A stretch of 64,000 nucleotides of DNA. Source: Candidatus Nomurabacteria bacterium (GTDB taxonomy: Bacteria; Patescibacteriota; Patescibacteriia; HK-STAS-PATE-3). The stretch is from the NCBI GenBank assembly GCA_023898465.1, contig CP060223.1:768001-832000 (forward strand), written 5' to 3'. Under the pieces are notes generated by a model that was not told the DNA's origin, searched no databases, and was given only the letters and a program-made list of their open reading frames with translations. Shown one piece after another: positions 39,238 through 48,864 of the stretch; positions within the stretch are counted from its first letter, which is position 1; each line of letters begins with the position of its first letter. The position numbers and the translations under genes are program-made.

Positions 39238-39276
39238 CCGGAGCCCGAAGACATCTGTCTGAGGGCTCCTTTTTCC
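39238..39276 (+). terminator. intrinsic terminator (GGAGCCC...GGGCTCC + TTTTT)
   Basis: Perfect 7-bp GC stem then T5, immediately upstream of a consensus promoter. Confidence 0.5.
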
Positions 39277-39277
39277 A

Positions 39278-39306
39278 TTGACACAAAGCGTATCGTCTGC
39301 TATATT
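39278..39306 (+). promoter_or_regulatory. near-consensus sigma70 promoter (TTGACA-17-TATATT) driving the three-paralogue operon
   Basis: TTGACA at 39278-39283, 17-nt spacer, TATATT at 39301-39306; first ORF starts at 39345 after GGAGGATGA. Confidence 0.55.
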
Positions 39307-39344
39307 CCCCGGTCTCACGCACCTGCACAATCAACGGAGGATGA

Positions 39345-39614
39345 ATGCGGAACGAAGACGCTGATGCAATGCACTTCCACTGGGGGATCACGAACTGCGT
39401 TGTCATCGACGTAGAAGAAAGGCCTAGAGCAAGTGCGGTACGCACTTTTGCTCAGGACAACCAAGCTACTTGTTCAGAGGGAAATGAAGTCCTGGTGCGA
39501 TGCACCTGCACTGAAATTCGACCTCAGCTACTTAGTGTGAGGAGGCTCCAGTCCTTTCTCACCGAACATCGTTCTGGTCATCCAATAAACTCGCCCAAAG
39601 AGGAGGGGGAATGA
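39345..39614 (+). CDS. small acidic Cys/His-motif protein, paralogue 1 of a tandem triplet (unknown family)
   Basis: 89 aa; shares NCVVI...VLVxCxC...FLxxHxxGHP with the two following ORFs; 4-nt overlap with the next ORF. Confidence 0.5.
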   Translation: MRNEDADAMHFHWGITNCVVIDVEERPRASAVRTFAQDNQATCSEGNEVLVRCTCTEIRPQLLSVRRLQSFLTEHRSGHPINSPKEEGE

Positions 39615-39889
39615 AAGCAGTCAACGCTGGTGAACACGGCAACGAGCACGTCCGGGTCTGCGTTGTCATCGAAGGAGATGAGAACCGAGATATTCTGGAA
39701 ATCTACGCTTTCGCTCGCGAGGTTCAGGCCATCGAGCCTGACGAGCCGCAAGACGAGGCTAGCGATGGAGAACGCGTCTTGATTTGTTGCGAATGTCCGG
39801 GCGGAGACAGACCTCGCTTCGCTGACCATGACCAACTGATCGCCTTTCTCCGCGATCACAACTCAGGCCACCACGCTTCGGTGGAATAG
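39611..39889 (+). CDS. small acidic Cys/His-motif protein, paralogue 2
   Basis: 92 aa; VCVVIEGDE...AFAREV...VLICCECPG...FLRDHNSGHH. Confidence 0.5.
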   Translation: MKAVNAGEHGNEHVRVCVVIEGDENRDILEIYAFAREVQAIEPDEPQDEASDGERVLICCECPGGDRPRFADHDQLIAFLRDHNSGHHASVE

Positions 39890-39904
39890 CCGGAAGGAGA
39901 CTAC

Positions 39905-40177
39905 ATGCATACCGTAGCCGCTACGGCACCATCGAAGCAAGTCAAGAACTGCGTCGTAATCCAGCTAGGAGAGCATCCCTCTCTAGAGACGCTCCTTGCC
40001 TTCGCGGCAGAGCATGCGGCCGTCAGAGTTGACGAGCAACCCGACGAACTCAACGACGGTGATCAGGTCCTGGTCACCTGCAATTGTCGGGACGGCTCAG
40101 GGCAGCAAATGCTCCTCACCGTGCCGGAGATTGAGCAGTTTCTCGAAAGTCACGCCTTGGGGCATCCCTCGGGGTAA
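39905..40177 (+). CDS. small acidic Cys/His-motif protein, paralogue 3
   Basis: 90 aa; NCVVIQLGE...AFAAEH...VLVTCNCRDG...FLESHALGHP. Confidence 0.5.
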   Translation: MHTVAATAPSKQVKNCVVIQLGEHPSLETLLAFAAEHAAVRVDEQPDELNDGDQVLVTCNCRDGSGQQMLLTVPEIEQFLESHALGHPSG

Positions 40178-40273
40178 ACTATGCACCTTCACCTAGAACC
40201 AGCTGACTCCGGTCTCCTGGTTCTTTCTTTTTCTGTCACTCTGGACTTGTTCCGAAGTCTCCTAAACTCAAAA

Positions 40274-41110
40274 CTATTTCAATAACTTCGCCTGTTGCTG
40301 CAACTCCTGTATCCGCTTCCGTTCTTGAGTAGTGAAACCGTGCATATCCGTTAAGGTTAACAACTCCTGTATCGTAACCACTCCGATTCGGAAAAGCTTC
40401 GATTTCATACTCGAGTCTAAACTCATGAGAATGGTGATAGGATAGACTTTTGTCTGCTCAATAAGCTTTTGTAAACTTTGATCAGCCGGATGACCCCAGC
40501 TAAGAATGTGCACGTTTGCGCAACGGGCGTATTTCATTGCTTCGGTGGTACATTTCGTATTTGTAACTAGCCAGGCATGCTGGACATGCTTCTTAGGGGC
40601 CAGGCGCTGTTCATCTTCTTTGGCTTGGAAAGCTTTTCCAATGTCATCGAAGCGTGCCTTAATATAGAGCGCCACCTTTACATCAGTCTTCATGCCGCGT
40701 CGATTATGATACTTGCACTCAAAAAGATGCAGCTGACCATTCTTGCGGGCTAAAATATCAACCTCGTGTGAAACACAGAAGCCGCGAACATATTGATCAG
40801 TTTGCACGCTGTACCCTAAGGCACTCAACAAACGCGCGACGTATTGTTCAAAAGGAAACCCGGTCGGACCAAGATTCATTATCGCTCGTTTCAAACCATA
40901 ACGCATGGCCTGCTTGGTATTGAGCTGGGCTAGTCGACTTTTTGCATAGGAAAAAATCGCTTGCGTCGACTTATGGAGTTTTGGCTTTAAACTTATTTCC
41001 TCAGCCAAACCTCGGGCCACTGTACCCGGCACTCCAGAATTTTGTAAAGACTGAATAAACTTCTCTGGCTGAAAAATCTGGTATTCACCGGATGATTTAC
41101 GGATGCGCAT
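40274..41110 (-). CDS. ATP-cone domain fused to Mrr-like restriction-endonuclease-fold domain
   Basis: N-terminus YQIFQPEKFIQSLQNSGVPGTVARGLAEEI (ATP-cone-like); core FEQYVARLLSALGYSVQTD...HEVDILA...LHLFECKYH matches the Mrr_cat/PD-(D/E)xK pattern. Confidence 0.55.
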   Translation of the reverse strand: MRIRKSSGEYQIFQPEKFIQSLQNSGVPGTVARGLAEEISLKPKLHKSTQAIFSYAKSRLAQLNTKQAMRYGLKRAIMNLGPTGFPFEQYVARLLSALGYSVQTDQYVRGFCVSHEVDILARKNGQLHLFECKYHNRRGMKTDVKVALYIKARFDDIGKAFQAKEDEQRLAPKKHVQHAWLVTNTKCTTEAMKYARCANVHILSWGHPADQSLQKLIEQTKVYPITILMSLDSSMKSKLFRIGVVTIQELLTLTDMHGFTTQERKRIQELQQQAKLLK

Positions 41111-41225
41111 AGGTATATTGTAGCACGTACTTAGGGTATAGTCTTGACATTTCTATAAAAATCGCTAAGGTCAGACTGCTTTTGGAGCATTGACATCAAC
41201 CGCTAGAACAGAGGAGGAGGAGTAG

Positions 41226-41468
41226 ATGACGCTCGCAGCTACTGAACTTAGGCCTGGGATGACGGTGCGGAATCTGCGGAGCGGTCTCACCGCTACGGTC
41301 ACCGAACCGCTGAGGGTCACGGGCGATCCGCTGCACGTACACGTCAGGAGGACGATGGAGGGAGGCGAGAGCAACGGTAAGACCAAGTTGACCACCTGGA
41401 GTCTCGACAACGTCGAGATCGTGCCGGTGGCTCAGGAGCCTGTCGACAACGATCGGCAGGTCGGCTAG
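41226..41468 (+). CDS. small GC-rich hypothetical protein with its own strong RBS and terminator
   Basis: GGAGGAGGAG Shine-Dalgarno 5 nt before ATG; 80 aa; about 62% GC. Confidence 0.4.
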   Translation: MTLAATELRPGMTVRNLRSGLTATVTEPLRVTGDPLHVHVRRTMEGGESNGKTKLTTWSLDNVEIVPVAQEPVDNDRQVG

Positions 41469-41477
41469 CCCTTCGCG

Positions 41478-41530
41478 CCCAATCCAAAAAATCCAGCTGA
41501 GCTGGACTAAGGATTGGGTGCTTTTTTTAT
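41478..41530 (+). terminator. intrinsic terminator (CCCAATCC...GGATTGGG + T-run), also 3' of the convergent peptidase gene
   Basis: 8-bp stem with inner TCCAGCTGAGCTGGA hairpin, then GCTTTTTTTATTTT. Confidence 0.5.
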
Positions 41531-42312
41531 TTTGCTGGGGTCACTACCAACATGACCTTTTGCCCATGGTCAACATCCCCGCCATTCCAATCGTGAATGG
41601 CATTCATAAGCACACTCTCTTCATAGACGTAGTCAGCTCCGTTGCGCGTACCAGGATCATTGGTAATAAAATGCCCATCCTTTGTGTAGCCCTTCACTAC
41701 TAAGGCATGATAAATCGGACCTGGTGAAGTGAAGTTTGGATTACCTAACTGGCGACCAGCAGCTAATACAATAATTGGATGGCCTTGTGCAATCTCCTGC
41801 TTAATAGCAAGAGCAGTCACCGCATCGCCGGTACTCACCTCTACTTCATAACCCCATAGGTCGCGAATGAAGCGTGCCGTCTCTTCGCCGGTTGTATCCT
41901 GGTAAAAACCATAGTGCTGCTCCTCAAAATCTACAATCGCTAAAATGGAACGATCAGCGTCTTCTTTCGTAAGCGGCTCATCCTCCCAATAACGTTGTAC
42001 CATAAGCGCAGCAGTTTCTTCACAGGCTTCTTGGTATGGTAAATCCCAATTGGCAAAAGGCGCCTGAGATGAAAAAGGCACGTCTAAATTTATCTCGTCC
42101 GGCAAAGTAACGACTGTGTTTGTAATTGCCGTATTGGTAGTTGTGCTATTACTGTTTTCCACGCTCGTATTCACGACTGCATTTTTCGCAGTAGGCTCTG
42201 GTAACTCAGGTGTAGAGATCGAATCCCAAGTATCACGAATCCAGCCGCGCTGCCAATAGCCAAGCCCGAGTAAAAGCACTAACGCGATAATAATGATGAT
42301 TCCCTTTTTCAT
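41527..42312 (-). CDS. secreted C39-like (Peptidase_C39_2) cysteine peptidase domain protein
   Basis: Signal peptide; DVPFSSQAPFANWDLPYQEACEETAALMVQRYW resembles the C39_2 N-terminal Cys region. Confidence 0.5.
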   Translation of the reverse strand: MKKGIIIIIALVLLLGLGYWQRGWIRDTWDSISTPELPEPTAKNAVVNTSVENSNSTTTNTAITNTVVTLPDEINLDVPFSSQAPFANWDLPYQEACEETAALMVQRYWEDEPLTKEDADRSILAIVDFEEQHYGFYQDTTGEETARFIRDLWGYEVEVSTGDAVTALAIKQEIAQGHPIIVLAAGRQLGNPNFTSPGPIYHALVVKGYTKDGHFITNDPGTRNGADYVYEESVLMNAIHDWNGGDVDHGQKVMLVVTPAK

Positions 42313-42375
42313 AGACGTGCGAGTATAGCAAGACTATTGTAGCACGTCAATGCCCAATGTCTGCTATTAAGGAGA

Positions 42376-43326
42376 CTAGGCGAGCTGCTTACGGAAGAGT
42401 AGCGCCAGTAGTAAAATTCCTAATGCTCCTCCGCCCAGCCACCAAGCCAATGTAAAATCTTTTGACTGTTCTTCTTCTACATTTGTTTCTGTTGCTGGAT
42501 ATACATCGCTTGTCTGTATAGTATTTTCATCATCACTGCTTAATTCAGGCATATCTAAAGCCTGTCTTATTTCTTCCTTCTTCTCTTGGGATTCTTTTAA
42601 GTCTAGCGAAGTATTCTTTGGTCGCTCAAAAGTAAAACTTGGCCCTTCCACAGCTACAATCAATCGCTCGGCAATTCCAGACCCAGCTGTCGCCTTTTCT
42701 TTTCTTATACCAACCTGTCCAGTAACAGCATAATTTCCATAATCAGTATTAAAAGGTTTTACAACAATTTCATTATCATCCCATGAAAGAATAGTGGCGC
42801 AACCCTGATCAGTGCGATTGATGCTACAGGTACCGAAATAGACTATGCCTCCACTCTGAAGTGTACCGAATCCTTGACCTCGAATATGCACTTCATCATC
42901 GTACCAACCCGTATTCGGCTCTAGACTATCAATTCGTACATATCCCGTATCTTTAGTCGTGAAACTTATTTCATCTGACACAACGCCACTATTCACAAAC
43001 CGAACATAATACTTTTGAGAGGGCTGCAACACTCCCTCCAGAGAACTAATGAGATAATAAAATTTATTATCATCAGCTATAGTATAGGTTCCTCCATCTA
43101 TATTCTGCGTATATTGACCGGACTCAACGCCTAACTCAATCCCTAAATCAACCCAATCAGTTGTATCATCTGACTGTACAGAAAAAACCGCGCTTCTATC
43201 TGAAGTATAAACTACACTTGGATCTGATAATGAATGTGTTTCAGCCTGAGCCGAAGAAGCAAAAAACAGCGCTATAGCCAAGCTCACTATAGCGATCTCA
43301 CTGAAGAACATTATGTTCTTTTTCAT
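42376..43326 (-). CDS. surface protein with signal peptide, beta-rich repeats and C-terminal membrane anchor
   Basis: Start taken at MKKNIMFFSEIAIVSLAIALFFASSAQA; C-terminus WWLGGGALGILLLALLFRKQLA. Confidence 0.45.
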   Translation of the reverse strand: MKKNIMFFSEIAIVSLAIALFFASSAQAETHSLSDPSVVYTSDRSAVFSVQSDDTTDWVDLGIELGVESGQYTQNIDGGTYTIADDNKFYYLISSLEGVLQPSQKYYVRFVNSGVVSDEISFTTKDTGYVRIDSLEPNTGWYDDEVHIRGQGFGTLQSGGIVYFGTCSINRTDQGCATILSWDDNEIVVKPFNTDYGNYAVTGQVGIRKEKATAGSGIAERLIVAVEGPSFTFERPKNTSLDLKESQEKKEEIRQALDMPELSSDDENTIQTSDVYPATETNVEEEQSKDFTLAWWLGGGALGILLLALLFRKQLA

Positions 43327-43426
43327 TGTATCCTCCGTATATTTATCTGCCTCATAAGTGTAACACAAATAAAAGTCTAGCCTCGAAGCGAGCCTCCACT
43401 CTTTTATCGATGCTCCTGAATTCCTG

Positions 43427-44875
43427 TTACGAACGCGGCGTGTCGCCAACAATAATCACTGGTGTGCCCACTTCGGCAAACTCGTACATCCACTGTGCAG
43501 CATCAGTTGGTAGATTTGAACAACCATGACTCATAGGATGTCCAAAATTATTGTGCCAATATGCGCTGTGAATACCATAGTCGCCGTTGTAGTACATAAC
43601 CCATTCTACGTTTGGGAGATAGTAACCTGGCCCGCTCATAACCTGACGACGCACCTTGGTGTACACCTTATATTCTCCTGGAATAGTTGGTGTTGCCGGA
43701 CGACCGCTGGAAATTAGTGTGTAGTATTGCAATACACCATCCTGAAAAGCAAACATGGTCTGCTTATCTAAGTCAGTGTAAATAAGCTTACCCTCATTGC
43801 GAGGCGCACTTACCTCTAAATACTCTGTTGACTTTGCGATGGTATGAAAGGGAATGGTGATTTCGTTCTCACCCTGACCGATCCACTGTGCATCTAAGAA
43901 AGTAATGAGTCGATCAATATCTACCTCGCGACCATCCTTCCCCTCACTGATTGGCTTTGTCTCAGCCACTGACTCGTATCGTTTTTCTGACACAGGCTCC
44001 TGACGAAGTGTAGCGAGTCGCGTTGCAAAAAACTTCTTTGCTGTCTCTGAGAGAACAGCGAGGTGCCAACCATCCTCATCTTCACTAACTGTTAGCCAAG
44101 GTAATACATCGTCTTCTGTCATTTCAAATTCCTCGTCCTCGCTCACTAAGCGAAGTGGAGCACTGAGGAGATCGGCTGCCTGCTCAGCTAAGGGCTGCAG
44201 TATAGCAGTGTCCTGCATTGCTTCAGCAGCTACAAAGGCAACGGAAATATCTGTCTCATCTAATCGAATCGCCTGCTGTAAAAGTTGTGCCTTTAACAAA
44301 TCCTGGTCAAGCACATTACCTGTCTTACCACCACGGAATTGTAGATCTCCGCCATGGTGTACCAGAGTTGGTTGTAGCGGCGCCTGATCAAGCTGCTCAG
44401 CCAACCAGGATAGATAGGCATCGAGCTCAGGCTCATGAATCACAACGCTGGCAAGTACTTCATTGTCTGATCCAGCGTGCACTGGTGGCACAAACCATTT
44501 TCCTAACAAGCTTGTACGGCCAGTGTGAAAAGCTTGTGCTACTGTCTGCGTAATATCAACACTTAAACCTAAATCGCTAAAGCGAGGCGTCCAAGCTTCT
44601 TCACCATAGCGGATAGTAATAGGCTGCTGAGCGTAGTCACTTACGTATTGCTCAATTGCTGCCTCCGCCTGTGCGACTGCTAAACCGCCCACATCAACCG
44701 GGCCAATATGAATGCCCGGGTAAATTTTTTGTTGTAGGAGTTGCGCATAGCCAAAAGACAGTACCGCTAACACTGCGACCACGGAGAGCGGCGCGCTTAG
44801 CCATAGAAAAATGCGCGACTGGTGCCAGCGCGAAGTCTGCTCTCGAGATGGAGAATAGCGTACCCCCTTGTGCAT
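43427..44875 (-). CDS. L,D-transpeptidase (YkuD) domain protein with N-terminal membrane anchor
   Basis: C-terminal YkuD motif GIHSAYWHNNFGHPMSHGCSNL (catalytic His/Cys); N-terminal TM. Confidence 0.75.
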   Translation of the reverse strand: MHKGVRYSPSREQTSRWHQSRIFLWLSAPLSVVAVLAVLSFGYAQLLQQKIYPGIHIGPVDVGGLAVAQAEAAIEQYVSDYAQQPITIRYGEEAWTPRFSDLGLSVDITQTVAQAFHTGRTSLLGKWFVPPVHAGSDNEVLASVVIHEPELDAYLSWLAEQLDQAPLQPTLVHHGGDLQFRGGKTGNVLDQDLLKAQLLQQAIRLDETDISVAFVAAEAMQDTAILQPLAEQAADLLSAPLRLVSEDEEFEMTEDDVLPWLTVSEDEDGWHLAVLSETAKKFFATRLATLRQEPVSEKRYESVAETKPISEGKDGREVDIDRLITFLDAQWIGQGENEITIPFHTIAKSTEYLEVSAPRNEGKLIYTDLDKQTMFAFQDGVLQYYTLISSGRPATPTIPGEYKVYTKVRRQVMSGPGYYLPNVEWVMYYNGDYGIHSAYWHNNFGHPMSHGCSNLPTDAAQWMYEFAEVGTPVIIVGDTPRS

Positions 44876-44949
44876 TTGTAATGTGAAATTTGTGTTGTTT
44901 TTTGACTTTTCATATATGAGTATAGCAAAAAAATCGTCGAAAGTCAATA

Positions 44950-45090
44950 TTATCTACCCGCCCTCTCACCCGTCATTGCGAATCCCGATGCATATCGGGA
45001 TGAAGCAATCTCGTTACTCAAACTCACGGGATTGCTTCGTCGTTCGCTGGACTCTCTCCTCGCAATGACGGGAGGAAGCGAGAGGGCGGT
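44950..45090. repeat. about 135-nt imperfect palindrome between truB and the L,D-transpeptidase gene
   Basis: CCGCCCTCTCACCCGTCATTGCGA...TCGCAATGACGGGAGGAAGCGAGAGGGCGG with an internal GAAGCAATC/GATTGCTTC stem. Confidence 0.5.
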
Positions 45091-45136
45091 TAATAAAAAT
45101 CACGACAAGGCAGAGACGCCTTATCTGTGTGTCTAC

Positions 45137-45823
45137 TTATGCAAAGAAAGTAATAGGCCGAAGATGTTGTGTGAAGTCTGCGCCCTGAAGATCTGACAAG
45201 GTGCTGGCGTCTCGTACATTCCATTTGCCAATTGCCGTACGTCGCAATGCACGTAAGTACGCGCCGCATCCCAAAGCCTCACCAATGTCACGCGCTAAGG
45301 TGCGGATATAGGTACCTGACGAGCACTCTACTTCAAGCTTCAGCTCTGGCCATGCATATGTACGGATACGTATGGCATAAATTTCTACTTCCCGCTCAGG
45401 TAGCTCTACTTCCTCGCCGCGCCGCAAGCGACGATAGGCTGGTACGCCACGGATCTTAATAGCCGAAAGCGCTGGAGGAATCTGTCGAATCGGTCCTTGA
45501 AACTTTTTTACCGCTGGCAGGATATCCTTCTTCCGTAATGGATGCAGATCCTCTGTTTCGGTAATCACTCCATCACAATCATCAGTATCACTTCGAGCAC
45601 CTAAGCGCAGGGTGGCCTCGTAGGTCTTAGTCGTATCTAGGGTAAGTCCACCCAAATGCTTTGTCGCGGCACGTCCCACTCCGACTATAAGCAAGCCAGT
45701 AGCAAAGGGGTCAAGCGTGCCAGCATGCCCCACCCGTTGCACTCCACTGGATCGTCGCACCCGGTTCACCACATCGTGCGAAGTCATACCTGCAGCTTTA
45801 TCGATAAGGAGAAATCCTTCCAT
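45137..45823 (-). CDS. truB: tRNA pseudouridine-55 synthase
   Basis: GFLLIDKAAGMTSHDVV...HAGTLDPFATGLLIVGVGRATK (catalytic Asp). Confidence 0.9.
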   Translation of the reverse strand: MEGFLLIDKAAGMTSHDVVNRVRRSSGVQRVGHAGTLDPFATGLLIVGVGRAATKHLGGLTLDTTKTYEATLRLGARSDTDDCDGVITETEDLHPLRKKDILPAVKKFQGPIRQIPPALSAIKIRGVPAYRRLRRGEEVELPEREVEIYAIRIRTYAWPELKLEVECSSGTYIRTLARDIGEALGCGAYLRALRRTAIGKWNVRDASTLSDLQGADFTQHLRPITFFA

Positions 45824-45947
45824 ACCCATAAGTGTACAGGGGGCACGTAACAAGTGACAACAAGGCATATTTGCTACTTTCCTGTTAGCCCTTGACCGCG
45901 CTTGACATCAGGTGTATACTGCTTGCGAGTTTTTGCCCGTACAAATT

Positions 45948-48839
45948 ATGGAAGATTCAATCCGAGTCAGGGGAGCCCGAGTACACAACCTGAAGAATCT
46001 CAGCGTTGAGATCAAACGTAATCAGCTTGTCGTGATTACCGGTCTTTCTGGTTCCGGCAAATCCTCGCTCGCTTTTGATACACTCTATGCCGAAGGTCAG
46101 CGTCGCTATGTTGAGTCTCTCTCAGCCTACGCTCGACAATTCCTCGGCCTGATGGATAAGCCGGATGTTGATAGCATCGATGGACTATCGCCGGCAATCG
46201 CCATTGACCAAAAATCAACCTCGCATAATCCCCGTTCAACTGTTGGTACAGTCACGGAAATTTATGACTACCTGCGTCTGCTCTATGCACGCATCGGACT
46301 TCCGCACTGTCCAAATTGTGGCAAGCCAATTACCAAGCAAACGATCGATCAAATTGTGAAGCAGGTACTAGCGCTACCAAAGAATACCAAAGTTGCAATT
46401 CTGGCACCGGTCATTCGCGATCAAAAAGGTGAGCACAAAAATGTACTAGCAGAAGCCCGGAAGGCTGGCTATGCCCGCGTCCGCTTCGATGGCACGCTCT
46501 ACTCAATTGAAGAGGCCGAAGACCTAGAAGTAGATAAAAAGAAGAAACACTCGGTTGAAATCACCGTTGATCGTTTGGTCATGGGTGTTGATGATCAGGA
46601 AAAAGGAAAAGCGGAAAAAACTCGCTTATATGATTCACTAGAAACCGCCCTCGACCTTGGTAACGGCATTGTCGTTATCCACGATATGGATAAAGCAGAG
46701 GATCGTCTTTTCAGCGAGCACTTTGCCTGCGCTGATTGTGGCATCAACTTGCCGGAAATTGAACCACGTAACTTCTCTTTTAACTCTCCGCACGGCGCTT
46801 GCCCTGACTGTACCGGACTCGGCACCAAGCTGGAAATTGACCCAGGCCTCGTCATCCCAAACAACCGACTCACCTTAGCGGAGGGAGCAATTCGACCCTG
46901 GTCACGCACCTCAGCCAACCAAACGTGGTACTTCCGAATCTTAGAGGCTGTAGCCAAGGCAAATAATTTCGACACAAATACACCGATTAAGGATTTACCA
47001 AAGAAAGCACTGGATATTGTCCTGTATGGCACGGGCGATAAAATGTTTGACGTCAACAATGCGAACGCTTCAGGCAAAGTTCGAGAATTTATGACCACTT
47101 TTGAAGGAGTGATTCCGAATCTCATGCGTCGCTATAAGGAAACCGAGTCAGAATATATCCGCAGTGAAATTGAACGCTATATGCGCGTTTTTCCTTGTCC
47201 TACCTGTCAGGGCAAGCGCCTCCGACCAGAAGTGCTAGGTATCACCGTGGCGGAAAAAAGCATTGCCGAGATAGTGCAAATGACTATTGAGCAATCAAAA
47301 GAATTTTTCACTGGTATCACAAATAACTCTGGTAAAAAGAAGACCGAGCTCAGCTTAAGCGAACGTGATAAAAAAATTGCCAGCCAGATTCTCAAAGAAA
47401 TTGTGGCACGACTCACCTTCCTCTCTGATGTCGGACTCGACTACCTCACGCTTGATCGCGCCGCCTCTACCCTAGCTGGTGGAGAAGCACAGCGCATCCG
47501 TTTGGCTACCCAAATTGGCTCATCCCTGGTTGGCGTTATTTACATTTTGGATGAACCATCCATTGGTCTGCATCAACGTGATAACGATAAGCTCATTGCC
47601 ACCCTCCAGCGACTCCGTGATCTTGGTAACACTGTTATCGTGGTTGAGCACGATGAAAATACCATCCGCGCGGCTGACGATGTGATTGACATTGGCCCAG
47701 GGGCTGGTGAGCACGGTGGTGCCGTAGTCGCGCAGGGAACAGCCAAGGAAATTGAAAAGGTGAAAGATTCCTTAACCGGACAATACCTCTCTGGCAAAAA
47801 GGCTATCCATATCCCTAAGGAATTTCGTAAAGGAAATGGCAAATCAATTGGTGTAAAAGGTGCCCAGGCTTTTAACTTGAAAAATGTTGACGTCACTATT
47901 CCTTTAGGCAAGTTCGTTTGCATTACTGGCGTGTCTGGATCAGGTAAGTCAACTTTAATGACTGACATCTTGGCCCGCGCGCTCAACCAGCACTTCTACA
48001 AGTCAAAAGATATTCCTGAGAAGCACGACAGCATTGAGGGCTTGGAAAATCTTGATAAAGTCATCACGATTGACCAATCACCGATCGGACGCACCCCTCG
48101 TTCAAATCCGGCAACCTACACCGGCGTCTTTACCTACATTCGCGACCTCTTTGCCCAAGTGCCGGAGGCGAAGATCCGCGGCTACAGCCCTGGTCGCTTC
48201 AGCTTCAACGTAAAAGGTGGGCGCTGTGAAGCCTGTGAGGGCGACGGGCTGACCAAGATCGAAATGCACTTCTTGCCTGACGTCTATGTTGAGTGTGAAG
48301 AATGTAAAGGAAAGCGCTACAACCCGCAGGCGCTGGAAATTCACTACAAAGGCAAAACTATTTCTGATGTGCTAGAAATGACTGTCGAAGAAGCTATGCG
48401 TTTCTTTGCCCACATTCCAGCAATCCATCAGAAGTTAAAAACCCTGCACGATGTCGGTCTGGGCTATGTCCACCTCGGCCAGTCAGCAACTACGCTATCA
48501 GGCGGTGAAGCACAACGTGTGAAACTTGCCACAGAATTATCTCGCCGCGCTACGGGTAAGACACTTTATATTCTCGATGAGCCAACTACTGGCCTCCACT
48601 TCCACGATGTACAATCACTGCTCAACGTTATTAATCAGTTGGTGGATAAGGGAAACAGCGTCCTCGTGATTGAGCATAACCTGGACATGATTAAGTCAGC
48701 TGACTGGATTGTTGATATGGGCCCAGAGGGTGGTGAAAAAGGTGGCACAGTAGTCGCTGAGGGTACTCCACGCGATGTGGCAACGGTAAAAGCCAGTTAC
48801 ACCGGCCAATACCTCAAGGACATGCTGAAGGACGCATAA
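45948..48839 (+). CDS. uvrA: excinuclease ABC subunit A
   Basis: Two ABC modules ([20 protein letters not shown]), zinc-finger CxxC pairs, LSGGEAQR signatures; about 965 aa. Confidence 0.95.
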   Translation: MEDSIRVRGARVHNLKNLSVEIKRNQLVVITGLSGSGKSSLAFDTLYAEGQRRYVESLSAYARQFLGLMDKPDVDSIDGLSPAIAIDQKSTSHNPRSTVGTVTEIYDYLRLLYARIGLPHCPNCGKPITKQTIDQIVKQVLALPKNTKVAILAPVIRDQKGEHKNVLAEARKAGYARVRFDGTLYSIEEAEDLEVDKKKKHSVEITVDRLVMGVDDQEKGKAEKTRLYDSLETALDLGNGIVVIHDMDKAEDRLFSEHFACADCGINLPEIEPRNFSFNSPHGACPDCTGLGTKLEIDPGLVIPNNRLTLAEGAIRPWSRTSANQTWYFRILEAVAKANNFDTNTPIKDLPKKALDIVLYGTGDKMFDVNNANASGKVREFMTTFEGVIPNLMRRYKETESEYIRSEIERYMRVFPCPTCQGKRLRPEVLGITVAEKSIAEIVQMTIEQSKEFFTGITNNSGKKKTELSLSERDKKIASQILKEIVARLTFLSDVGLDYLTLDRAASTLAGGEAQRIRLATQIGSSLVGVIYILDEPSIGLHQRDNDKLIATLQRLRDLGNTVIVVEHDENTIRAADDVIDIGPGAGEHGGAVVAQGTAKEIEKVKDSLTGQYLSGKKAIHIPKEFRKGNGKSIGVKGAQAFNLKNVDVTIPLGKFVCITGVSGSGKSTLMTDILARALNQHFYKSKDIPEKHDSIEGLENLDKVITIDQSPIGRTPRSNPATYTGVFTYIRDLFAQVPEAKIRGYSPGRFSFNVKGGRCEACEGDGLTKIEMHFLPDVYVECEECKGKRYNPQALEIHYKGKTISDVLEMTVEEAMRFFAHIPAIHQKLKTLHDVGLGYVHLGQSATTLSGGEAQRVKLATELSRRATGKTLYILDEPTTGLHFHDVQSLLNVINQLVDKGNSVLVIEHNLDMIKSADWIVDMGPEGGEKGGTVVAEGTPRDVATVKASYTGQYLKDMLKDA

Positions 48840-48864
48840 GAATCCCAGTGGTATACTGGGACTA

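Noticed and set aside
39054-39445. Minus-strand ORFs 39054-39284 and 39107-39445 in the island's non-coding stretch
   Set aside because: They run antisense across a terminator, a consensus promoter and the start of the first paralogue, so they are implausible as genes.
46036-48344. Several 60-180-aa ORFs on both strands inside uvrA
   Set aside because: They are alternate-frame or antisense artefacts of a 975-aa conserved gene.
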